From positions 174,386 to 208,252 of the forward strand of contig NMRA01000681.1 in NCBI GenBank assembly GCA_002633005.1: a stretch of DNA of 33,867 bases, in the 5' to 3' direction. The notes under the pieces are model-generated. The model was not told the origin of the DNA, did not search any database, and saw only the letters and a list, made by a program, of their open reading frames with translations. This document shows, piece after piece, positions 1-10,259 of this stretch (positions are counted from its first letter, which is position 1; each line of letters starts with the position of its first letter). Origin of the DNA: Phoronis australis (Eukaryota > Animalia > Phoronida). The translations under genes and the position numbers were made by a program.

Positions 1-1267
1 CCAACTGTCTGTCTTACGATATTGTTATTCTTGGACTTTACAAGACGCAAGATTTCCTATTTAACATTTTACTTCTACTAGCTAAACAGTACATTTACAA
101 AGAGAGATGTCACAAAAATATACCTAATTTTCTCAAGTTCGTTACAAAAACTTATGAATACTATAATGCTGAAAAATTAAATGCACATAACAACTTTGTA
201 CATGACAGCTTCTCTGCAAAATGGGAAAAATTTATTGTTCATGTTAAGTTCATGTAGAAGATATTTACTTTAAACGAGATATGAGAATGGTCTTCCTGAG
301 GTGTGCATGCGTGAATGAATGGTGTACTTATTTGTTTGTTTGTTTTTGTAATTGTTTTGTAAAGGATAATAAATACATAAAAAAAAGTTTTTATGGACCA
401 GTATGTCACACTTGTTGAGTGGTAGGCAACTTTCGTTACACACTCTCTGCATTGAAATATTGGAACATTACAACTGAGCAAAAATGGACAATTTAGGGGT
501 ACAAATATCATGAAAACTCTCAGTAATTTGGTGCATATTTTTTTTGCTTCCAGCGTAATTTGGTTAATATTGTTTTTGTTTTTGCTTGCTGTGTGTTTCA
601 ATGAAGTGGNTAAATGGGGCACACGAAGGTCAGGAGAGGAAATCGGTGGTGGAATGAGGGTGGTCTGAATTTGACGTAGTTGTACTTGTCTGCTCAATTT
701 TTTAATTCCTGTGGCCACTCATGAGGGGGGTGCTGATTGCGATATGAGGACAGTATTCCGGGTAAATGTAGACAAAACTAATCTAGAATTGAAACCTGCT
801 TTTAATTGTCCTGCCTTTTCCCACTAAGTTTACCTCACAATTCATACTCTTTCTTCACCATCCTGCACATACGTAAAAATTCAATTGCCAGTTAAAGTAT
901 TCGCGAACTTATTTTTAAACTTCCACACTATGAGCTCAGGGCACGCTGACTATCGACTTTTTGTTGCTTGACATCTTTTTCAAAAAATGTCGCTGTATTC
1001 CAGTGTCCGCTGAATAGCCTTTTTCATGTCTTGAGAGTGAAATAAACATATTGACGGTTAGGCCCTAAGTACATGATTGCTGTTTTGATATAGTAGAATA
1101 TCCATTTTCAATCATAAAAATTTTAAAAGTTTTGTATAGTATATCGTATTTTCCTTTCGGATCTGCTTGTGTCGAACAGCCGAGACTGTGGAGAGTCGAA
1201 TAGTCTACTAATCAACCACCAGTAAGTAGGCTTGATCACGTGATTATTGTATTTACCCTGCGGGCCG

Positions 1268-1300
1268 TGACCTCGACGTGGAACGCTAACACGTACTCAG
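1268..1300 (+). promoter_or_regulatory. Conserved proximal promoter block of USP-1
   Basis: tgacctcgacgtggaacgctaacacgtactcag; 29/33 identical to the block upstream of USP-2. Contains TGACCT, ACGTG and CACGTA; ends at an Inr-like TCAGTT. Confidence 0.7.
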
Positions 1301-1336
1301 TTGGAGACCACCTTCATTTCGACTCTGACAATCACA

Positions 1337-1478
1337 ATGGCAGCTCAAGGCGACCACGCTCAAGCCCCACTCAACTCCGGCCAACATATTCATGTTGAGG
1401 GAGCGGCGAGAGAAAGGAAAGATAGGGAAGTGATGATATGCGTTGACGCATCTGAGCATGCCGAAAGGGCCTTCGACT
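1337..1478 (+). CDS. USP-1 exon 1 (MAAQGDHAQ...HIHVEGAARERKDREVMICVDASEHAERAFD)
   Basis: ATG in acaATGg context; USP beta1/DxS motif; donor T|GTAAGT at 1479 (phase 1). Confidence 0.92.
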
Positions 1479-4400
1479 GTAAGTTCCTAAGCTTCCTTGT
1501 TTCCTTGGCTAATCTCAGACTCCAATTCTGGGCTTCGACGGCCCAACCAAGCCCGTCTTCATGACTTCACTTAGATTTTGACCGAATGGACTGAGGTAAC
1601 GGGCTCTTCAGTTGAAATTTATTCTGGAAAACTTATCAGTCTGTGTCCAGTATTGTCGACACTAGACAAGTGTGTTCAGTTCACTGAAAGGGCTGCCGAA
1701 AGGGCGCTGGTTGGTTAAAGCTGTCCCGGATTTAGAGAGCCAGGCAGTCACTAAATAACGGGCCCGTTACTTAGTGGATGAAACTGGCTCTCTAAATTAG
1801 GACCGCTATATTCGACTAGTGCCGCAGGTCCTACTGAACTGGCTGTTGATGTATGTGGTAGGTTGGTAATCCTCCTGAGTAACTTCAGACAGTAAGCCTA
1901 CTACGTCTCAGCCCCAGTAGAGCTGGTTGCCATAGGGCCACAGCTTACATTAGAAGCTTTTTCGCAAAAAGTGTGCTTCACACTGAAAAATCTTGTTGCT
2001 ACAAGTACCTTTTGCGCATAAAAGGACACCTTAGGAGGCTTCAGATGTTTAACTCTTTCCAGCTTGAACAAATACTCCAGCCATCAATCATTCAGTTGCC
2101 CATATTGGCAACTGGTCATTTTTGCAAGATATGCAGGGCGAGGCACAGCATTCGAAATACACAGTGACCCAGGGCCAGTGGATTTATGGCCAGGCCAGTA
2201 AACTTTCACATACAGGCCCTATGTTGATGTGGTCTCATATTCAAGTAACTGGCCCGACAGACAAGCACATTTATTTGCTCAAGTTTAAACACTGGCGAGG
2301 CATAATTCGCTAAAAAGCTTGCGGCATATGGCTGCCCTATGGGATAATCATTGTCTCTACTGGGGCCAGTTGAGACTATGGTGCTGTGTAGGTTCACTTG
2401 GGCTCTGGTTGGATGTAATAGTCCCTGATTTAGAAAACTGTTTTCATCCGCTAAATAATGGGCCGTTATTTGTTGGTTGCCTGGTTCTCTAAGTCAGTAT
2501 TGCCTAGGTGTAAGGCTCTGTTTAGTCTAGAGCTTTTCATGATTTTTGAACAAAATTTAATTAAAAGTTGATTTAAAGTTCTTGCTTTGAAGATCCTAAA
2601 TTGTGACCCAGTTTATATTTTGTGCCTTGGTTCTTTTGTAAAAGAAAACTGAAGAGATGTCTCTTTTTACAGGGTATGTCCAAAATATCCACAGACCTGA
2701 AAATGACGTCATCGTTCTCAATATTGCCGAACCTCCAAATTTGACAGCATATGTAGGATTTGGCGGTAAGTTAGAAGATAAGGCTCTTAGTTTATCAAAG
2801 TAAAGTGCACACCAAAAATAAATGCATTGTCAAGATGACTATTCTGCTTATATTGAATGTGATGGAAAATGACCAGTTCTATGATGGCATTCTAACTTTC
2901 TAGTAATTACCCTGCTGTGACAGATGGCTATAACAATGGTGTTTTTGTATTGTTGCTGATTGGAAAGATTGATTTGTTCTGTTGTTTTGTTTTCAAAAAA
3001 CTTAAAATTATTTGCTACCTGTACTAATACTGGGGTACATGCCAGTCACAGGCAGAAGTATGTAAACAAAATGTTACATAATACCCTCAGCTCCTATGTC
3101 AATGGGGTCATTGTACAGCATCACGTGGGTTTTCCCCTGGTCATCAACCTTGCAATTATTGGGGTGAGAAGTGTGGGAGTTGAGTGCGGTTGGTAAATAC
3201 CTACCATTTTATCTTTATGTTATTTTTAAAGTGCCACCCAAGGCCCCAATCCTGCCATGGTAACTATAGAGCTATTGCCTTGTCCACGTGTACTATGGAT
3301 GGTGCACCATAGGGGGCTGGGGGGGCTAAAGCCCCCCATTTTTGTCAGTGCAGTGCCATCCATGTGCTCATGATTCTCAACTTACACTTCAATGAAGTAT
3401 TAAAGCAGCTTTAAACACCAAAGAAACTAAATGTACAATTTCAATAATTATGTGAAGAACTCCATAAAAGTAGTATTGCAGTAACTGCAAGTAGCAAATA
3501 AAGGTTCTACAGGAATACTGGGTTGAGGGATACCTAAAGTGCGTTTAGAGTGGACCATGTGTGCTTTCCATGTGTGCTTTGGAGTGAAGTTTTGTCCTGG
3601 TAAAGTTTTGGTGACTATTCTACTATGCCCTGCTTAGCAAATTTCATGATTAGCAAAAAGGCCATAGACAAACAAATCTTGTGATGCTGACCTATCGAGA
3701 AATAAGGGTTTCCCTCCTGAGAACGTTATGATTACCATGAATCACAAAACAGGTGGTTGATGGATGTCTCCAATTACTGAGGTGATGTTTGATGTATTGA
3801 TTTATGCATAGGTAGGTCTGGAAGTGGATGTTGACGATGAAGGTAATGGCTCCGTGACAAGATATGCTTTCCCTTCATCCTTCGGCCTCTCAGCATTGTG
3901 TTGCACTTTACCTTGTCAAGTACCATGTTTTCCATTACAAGTCAACGGAAACACTCAGTCACAAGTTTGTCAATGCCCCAATAAGAATAAGCTGCATAGT
4001 TTGACAATCTTTGTATTTTGAGCTGCCCCGGTCACCATATTTTTGACTACCCTTACCATTGCTGCAGCCCCTGGCTTGCTATAATTTTCAAGCTCACGGT
4101 CATCATATTTTTTGGTGCCCCCCCTCCCCCCGTGGCTACTGGACGAGGCCCCAATTTTGTGGTAGGCCCTAAAGTGTAGCTCATGTTAGCATAATGGATA
4201 ATTCGTCTATGGAAACACCTGACAGTGGCAATTTCAATTGATTTCAGCATCACTGAAATTGTCTCAGTTGATTAGTGGCAAAAGTTCGGCCCCGGTGGTT
4301 CTTAACACATTTCATGTGTTCAAAACCACATCATGCTGTAATTTTGTTGATGAATACATGAAATCATTTCAGCTTGTTTGTTGCTGGGTACTTGCTTTGT

Positions 4401-7400
4401 AGACGTGCTTTTCATAAGCTGGTTGCAGTACTTCAACTGACATGGAAATTTTACCTGGCTTTGACATTAGTGATCAGAGTGCTTTCATGATCACTGCTGT
4501 ACTTGCTATCAATGCGCAGTAGAATGTGTTGCCTCTGAGTGCATTTCGGTGTGATTTTTACTTATTTTACTATTTAGAGCCACCTCACCATGCTAAGGGT
4601 GAGTAAAGTATTTTAAAAAGTTCATAAAATGGAGAGTGAGTCTGTGTAGCAGTATTAATTATTAAGTTGTTCTGTTGATGTCACTGGATTAGTGTATTGA
4701 ATATAAAGTTGCTAATTATTTCAAAATATGTGCCAAGAATGCAATGGATATCAGACCTTTTGACATTTAATATCAGTATGTGTGACACCGAAAGACTGTG
4801 CTCCTGTTCATTTCACCATCATGAGCACATTCGATGGTCATTGACTTTTGTGAAGTGTCTTATCTGCCTGACCTCTCTTGTTTTAGAACTTCGATCTTAA
4901 CAACTTCCTTTGTAAACCCTGATTTTGGTATAAATTTTGGCATGGTGCTTGCAGCCTCTGTGCATACATTTTGCACACAGTCCGTATTAAAATATTACAG
5001 GCACACCATTTTCTGGTGCAGTTTGTTTTTAGAAAATTGTTACTGTAGGTGAATTTGCCTGACAGTAAAATTAATGTCTTAGTTTACAGGTTTCTGGTCA
5101 CAATGTGACACCATTAGTTTTATTGTGCTATTATTTGGAGTAGAGTGGAGACCAAACATAAATGTGAAGACTTTTTATCGGTATTAGAATTGATTTTCAT
5201 GTTGTGGAAATCATGACAGTGCATTATTGCTCAGGACACGGTACTCAATAAGGTGGTTGTTAGCAGGCTAAGTAATTGAAGTAATGAGACATCGTGCGGA
5301 ACACAATTGGTATTTTTGTAGCCTCAAATTATCCCTCAGAGATGTTCCATTTCCGCACAAGTGCTTCAAGGTGCTTCAATCATAGTAATCATAAGACTCT
5401 CAAAATGGAGAATATCATTGAATGCACCAGGATATCCCTGTGATAACAAGCTTAAACAACAGTTAAGAGTACATTAGGAGGCAGGATCGAGCATGACATC
5501 ATGTATTACAGTGAATACCTTCTTGACTCAAGCCATGATTTTTAACCCTCACTATGATTTTATGACTGAAGCTCGTACATATGCAAGTATGAAAATCTCC
5601 GAAGGCTTGTGGACCACCTGGGTTATTTTAGTAGGCTCAAAATTATATTCAAAGTTAAATGCTTTTTATGCATGTGCAGGCTCTGGTCATGTGATAAGAC
5701 ATGTGACTTTCAAACTGGAGAGTAATTGTTTTTGTCTATGAAGTTCACACATGAGCAGATAACTTTCACCCCCAAGGAGAAATTTGAGGCTACTAAAATA
5801 CCCCCAGGTGTTCTAGATCCTCCCAGGGATTATTTGAGGCCATGAAAATTCCCAAGGTATTCTGAGTGACCTGGACATTAGACGTTACCTCTACATGACA
5901 CAAGGTATTTTGTGGCTTCAAAGACAGATTTATGTAAACAATCCTGCAGGAAATTGTCATTTCTCTGGCAATCTCAAAGCATTGGTCAATTTTGACCTGC
6001 TAATTATTTACATTTTGAACTGACACATTTTTACTCAGCTGTTGAGTATTCAGTTGTCATTGCTCTGAGTCAGATAAGATCATAAAACTTGTTGATGAAA
6101 TATTTGTCATATGAATTGAAAACAAACTGTTGTTAGTCAAAGTTTTTTGCTTATAGTTTGCACAGAATAGATATGGACGGTCTTTATATACCGTACTTGC
6201 TCTAGAAACAGTTCCCGGTTGAGCTCTGTTCATCATATGATGTGTGATTACAATTACCATTTCAGTGTTCATTTGACTTCAACATTAGTCATAAATCTCT
6301 ATCATGTGATATCCATTGCAGGATATATGTTTGTACTTACAAGACTCAAATACAATTTGTTATCAGTATGTGTAAAATAATATTTTTAGGCATGTGACAG
6401 CTGAACTCTTATTTCCTCTGATATTGTTGAGACAGTCTCAGTTTGTGTTTGCCTCGTGGAAAAATTAAGATTGTTATCATTTCTGTTATGACTAGATAAA
6501 TTCACTCTACAAGTTGGAATTGTTGACTTTTTGACAGACAGAGCAAGAAGTCATTGTGCGAACTGATTAAAAATATTTTTAAGAAGTCCGTACACTTCGC
6601 ACATTTTGCTATGTTATCAAACCTGCTAAGCCAGTACATCTGCTGATTGCTAAAAATGTCGGCACAATTTATAAAAGCTACTGTACACAGGTACTAATGC
6701 ATTGTTTAGCCAGGAACTATCACTTCCACCAGTTGGAAGAATTTTAGAACATCTGCGGTTTCTGCTGTCGCTTAACCACCAGGATGTATTTTAGTTAAGA
6801 AGTTGCCTCGTTGCCGTGGTTGTTAACAGCTCAAGCAAGGCCTCAATATACCATTGCTCTTTTGTGTCTTGCAGCAGCCTTTGCATTCCCACAAGAAGAG
6901 TGGAAGCGGATAAGGGCGGAGCACGAGGAGGAGGTGAAGCAACTTCAGAAGAAATATGAAACTAAGATGAGAAGTAATCATGTGAGTACTGTTGGATTTT
7001 TTTGCTAAAATTTAGGACTGTGTAACGGTCTGCTCGCAAGTTTAACACCTGAGTAGGGGATCTGACACATCGTCATTGCATAAGCTTACATGAGGTCTGT
7101 ATATAAATCATAATGGAAAACTGAGATTGTGATGCGCTTCTTCATGGTCTAGGTTATGTTCTCTTGTATCAGTAAAAATGAAAGGTATCTTAACTTTTTT
7201 GCGTTAACCTAACATCTTGAAGTTAATGTCTGTCTTGTTTACTAAAAACTACAGATTTCCAATACTGAACAACATGAATTCGAAGACGAAAATTCCCATG
7301 CTAATGCATTGGTTTCAACTTTCATTTGGAATTGATAGATGATCTGTGATTGAAGTGCGGCAGTTATATTTTGGAAGGATTGGCTTTTCATGGGTTCTCG

Positions 7401-8122
7401 GAAGTGTTTTTTTGCTCATGCATGGTCTGGATGTCCCTCGTGACAATTGAAATAAATTAGTGTCATGGTCAGGATTTTTTAGACAAGTGTTGTGGGAGTA
7501 AATTTTGTACTTTGGATTTTGATTTTGTTTGCAAATGACTTCCTGACAAAATACAGTTGTAAACACCAGAAAATTTTCCAAAGGCTGGCACTCCTTGACT
7601 ATTTGAGATGAACAGTTCTTCAAATCAATGAGGAACTCGAAATTCACTAGGTGTCGCAAGTGAAGCAAGGGACCATACCATAGAAAATACCCATTCATGC
7701 AAATCACTTGGATGCACTCATACTGATGAGTTATCTGCTGCTCTCAATCTATTCAAACGGTAAAAAAAGGACTTTTATTGATAAGCGTCACCTGGTGAAT
7801 ATCGCTCATTGGCACATGACATCAACTCGGCCATGTCCACTGGCATCATTGTAACAGGTAATTTGGAAGAATTGACCTTGAACATTCTGTGTTTTCTCCT
7901 TAGATGCATGGTAAGATTGTCGTGTACAGTGCTGAAGGTCCTGGACCATGCCTCTGTGAGTATGCCAAGAAGAACAACATAGAATTGATCATCGCTGGAT
8001 CACGTGGTGCGGGGGTGTTACGCCGTACATTTATGGGCAGTATCAGCGACTACATTCTACACCACGCCCATGTTCCTGTACTGGTAGTGCCCCCTGAAGA
8101 CAGACACGCACATCACAAGTAA
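1337..8122 (+). CDS. Universal stress protein (USP/UspA family) paralog 1, complete 4-exon gene, 186 aa
   Basis: Exons 1337-1478, 2673-2765, 6875-6981, 7904-8122 join in frame (561 nt) with GT-AG introns. Protein has VMICVDASEHAERAFDWY, the motif GSRGAGVLRRTFMGS (G-x2-G-x9-GS) and SDYILHHAHVPVLVVP. Confidence 0.93.
1678..1840. mobile_element. Palindromic MITE-like element in USP-1 intron 1
   Basis: Nested inverted arms agttca / tgaact, tttagagagccag / ctggctctctaaa and cactaaataacggg / cccgttacttagtg, centred on gggccc. Confidence 0.6.
2421..2497. repeat. Second, inverted partial copy of the 1678-1840 element
   Basis: gatttagaaaactgttttcatccgctaaataatgggccgttattt...gcctggttctctaag is the reverse complement of the 1730-1800 core. 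Confidence 0.55.
2673..2765 (+). CDS. USP-1 exon 2 (WYVQNIHRPENDVIVLNIAEPPNLTAYVGFG)
   Basis: Acceptor ctctttttacAG, donor G|GTAAGT; 93 nt, homologous to exon 2 of the three paralogs. Confidence 0.92.
3294..3364 (+). repeat. About 68-bp GC-rich mini-element, copy 1
   Basis: atggatggtgcaccataggggg...gctaaagcccc...tttgtcagtgcagtgccatccatg; terminal inverted repeats. Confidence 0.6.
4578..4598 (+). CDS. Candidate 21-nt alternative microexon of USP-1 (adds EPPHHAK)
   Basis: T-rich tract ttttttacttattttactatttAG, then agccacctcaccatgctaagg, then GTGAGT; phase 1-1 as the host intron requires, no stop codon. No transcript evidence. Confidence 0.55.
6875..6981 (+). CDS. USP-1 exon 3 (AAFAFPQEEWKRIRAEHEEEVKQLQKKYETKMRSNH)
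   Basis: Acceptor tgtcttgcAG (tandem CAGCAG), donor CAT|GTGAGT; 107 nt as in USP-3 and USP-4. Confidence 0.9.
7904..8122 (+). CDS. USP-1 exon 4 (MHGKIVV...GSRGAGVLRRTFMGSISDYILHHAHVPVLVVPPEDRHAHHK*)
   Basis: Acceptor gttttctccttAG; USP C-terminal half; TAA at 8120-8122. Confidence 0.95.
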   Translation: MHGKIVVYSAEGPGPCLCEYAKKNNIELIIAGSRGAGVLRRTFMGSISDYILHHAHVPVLVVPPEDRHAHHK

Positions 8123-8914
8123 ATATCCTCTCAGGCGGTCTCTATCTTGAAGGGCATTCATATTTCCATATAATTTTGTGGTTAACTCTTTATAGCATTC
8201 TATAGTTGTTTAGATTTTGATGTGGTTTGAGGAAGCTAAGTAAACAGCTTACTCAAGCAACAAGTTTTCTTGTTCCAAAGATAAGTGTTTTGCCAACTTC
8301 ATTTAAGGTCTTTATTGTTTAAAAACTGCATGCATTGATGTATTTGGTAGGTTTTATAGAGTACTGAACAATGCTAACTTGGCAAACTTCCTATTGGTTT
8401 TGTATGCGTGATAACTAGGTTTTGGAGCAAACATTTTTATATGTTGGTCACTGGAGCAGTGTCAAAGAAAAAAGTGCTGTTTTTTTGCATGTGCCATAGG
8501 TTTTTGTCTTTAGATTTTGAATGCTTTTCATCGCTGAAATCTGCAGCTGGTCTTCTAGTCTGGGATTATGCAGTGAAATTATTGTTTTGGTGTATTTCTC
8601 CTGGAATTGTGTGTATGTGCTGTAAGAAATTTAGTTTTTCATTCCAATACCAAAGGCAAAGCTAATACACTTTGTCAATGCAAATGTGACAGTGTATGCT
8701 CCCATCATGAGCAATGAATTGTGTATGGTTAAAGGTATTTCTGTAAAACTTAATTTCTGGTATTCCATTTATTTGTGGTTTTCTAGAGTGCTAAATTATG
8801 AACAACATTTTTCTCATGGGTTATGTTAGGCAATGATCTGTTACAAATATTTGTTTGCAAATGTAATAACTGCCATTCCTTGTTTCTGTTTGAGAATTTT
8901 CTTTTTGAAAGAAC

Positions 8915-8920
8915 AATAAA
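8915..8920 (+). terminator. Probable poly(A) signal of USP-1
   Basis: AATAAA about 0.8 kb after the stop, followed by GT-rich cttggtttgtt. Confidence 0.5.
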
Positions 8921-9172
8921 TGTATGTACAATCACTCTTGGTTTGTTACGCGAGTGTGCTGACATCTGCTGCATATACAAGACACTATGGACAACAAATG
9001 GAACTGTTGAGATTTCTACTGGGATCAACCTGGAGGTGACAGTAACGTAGTGGACTGTAGGGTCTGTGCATGGTGAATTAAAGGCAACTACCATGAAACT
9101 TCCCTGAAGAAAGGTTTCTGAAGTATTTTGTGTCACATCACATATTCCATGGGATTTTAATTTGCAGGAAGC

Positions 9173-9293
9173 TACTGGCAGTTCTAGATGTCAAAGTTAC
9201 GCCTTTAACGTGTAGGTACTGTCACTAAACTAAGAATCTGGCAGTTCCAGACGCCTAAGACCTTTAACATTTACCTACTGGCACTAAACTAAG
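9173..9293 (+). repeat. Imperfect tandem duplication, about 60-bp unit x2
   Basis: ctggcagttc.aga...cctttaac...tactg.cactaaactaag occurs twice. Confidence 0.65.
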
Positions 9294-9384
9294 CTACATT
9301 TCCCCTTTTAGCTGGCTAAAAATCGATTATTGGATTTGGCATTTTATAGTCGTAAATCATTTTAACATTCTTTACTCAGACAGG

Positions 9385-9505
9385 ATTCTTTTTCCATTAC
9401 CAACGAGAACACCGAAAATAAGTGAACTGAAAAAATGCTATATGTACTGCGAGTTTATTGGGCTAGGCCAACTCTAAATTAGTCTTGTGAATTTGAAAAT
9501 GGCGC
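9385..9505 (+). repeat. Dispersed repeat, copy 1 of 3
   Basis: ttc(t/a)tttcc(a/g)ttacc...cgaaa...ttattggg...caac(t/c)ct..aatt shared with 22522-22620 (+) and 26105-26212 (-). Confidence 0.5.
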
Positions 9506-10142
9506 ATTGCCTAATATATGAATTTGCGGCACATTCGGGAATAATTCAAGGTATGATGAGCGTGGTAATCTTTTTAATAAACTTCAAACACTTCGGTGTA
9601 AAATGACAGCTACACAGGGGCGAAATTCAGCGAAATTTGGGTGTACTCAACTAAAATACGATATCCATCCTCCAACGTCTCCCGGTACAACAGTACATAG
9701 TTTATGGAACGAAGAATCTATGCGACCGTTGGCATTCAGAACACGGTTTTCTAGTGGTCGTGTGACTCGGGTTTTTTATCAACTGGTGAAGCTACTTTTC
9801 AAGCATCCTTCATAATGTTGGTGTGTTAAGCTAAAAAATTGTGGGATTTTCGATAAGTTGAGTGCAGGGCAAAACAGGTTCGGTGTTTTAAAGGCACATT
9901 TCTGAAAACCTCGGTTTTAAACCAAGGATAAATAATTGACGAAAACTTGCTGATATAAAAAATCTAATCTCCGATCGCCAAGATATAATTAATCGAATGA
10001 ACCCATTGAGTTTGGAGAGTCTGTTGCTGTTGACGTTTCATCTGCATGGATTATTCAAATCTACATAACTATTTTGGCAGTGGGAGATACTTAGTTGATT
10101 GATTATAATAATCGAACCTAGAGTCGCGTTTTATGCTGTCAT

Positions 10143-10259
10143 TTACAGGGATCCGTGTTTTGAGAACCAGTGTTCTCTACTGAATTTCGGGTATCAAGCT
10201 GGTTCTCAAAATCCGGGACTCTGGAAATATCTATTGTGCTTGTCGAACCCCTTTGTAAG
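10143..10259. mobile_element. Short palindromic element, copy A
   Basis: ttacaggg...tttgagaaccag...ctggttctcaaa...tgtaa; related to 14922-15008. Confidence 0.55.

Noticed and set aside
239-718. 159-aa minus-strand ORF
   Set aside because: No recognisable domain; crosses AT-rich low-complexity sequence and an N.
3816-3842. Second possible phase 1-1 mini-exon in USP-1 intron 2 (27 nt, GLEVDVDDE)
   Set aside because: The donor is plausible, but the pyrimidine tract is poor and a competing AG 4 nt upstream would frameshift.
5308-5922. Recurring ggtattttgtagcctcaaa-like motif in both orientations, superficially array-like
   Set aside because: Degenerate, irregularly spaced and in a eukaryotic intron; likely subterminal repeats of a decayed transposon, not CRISPR.
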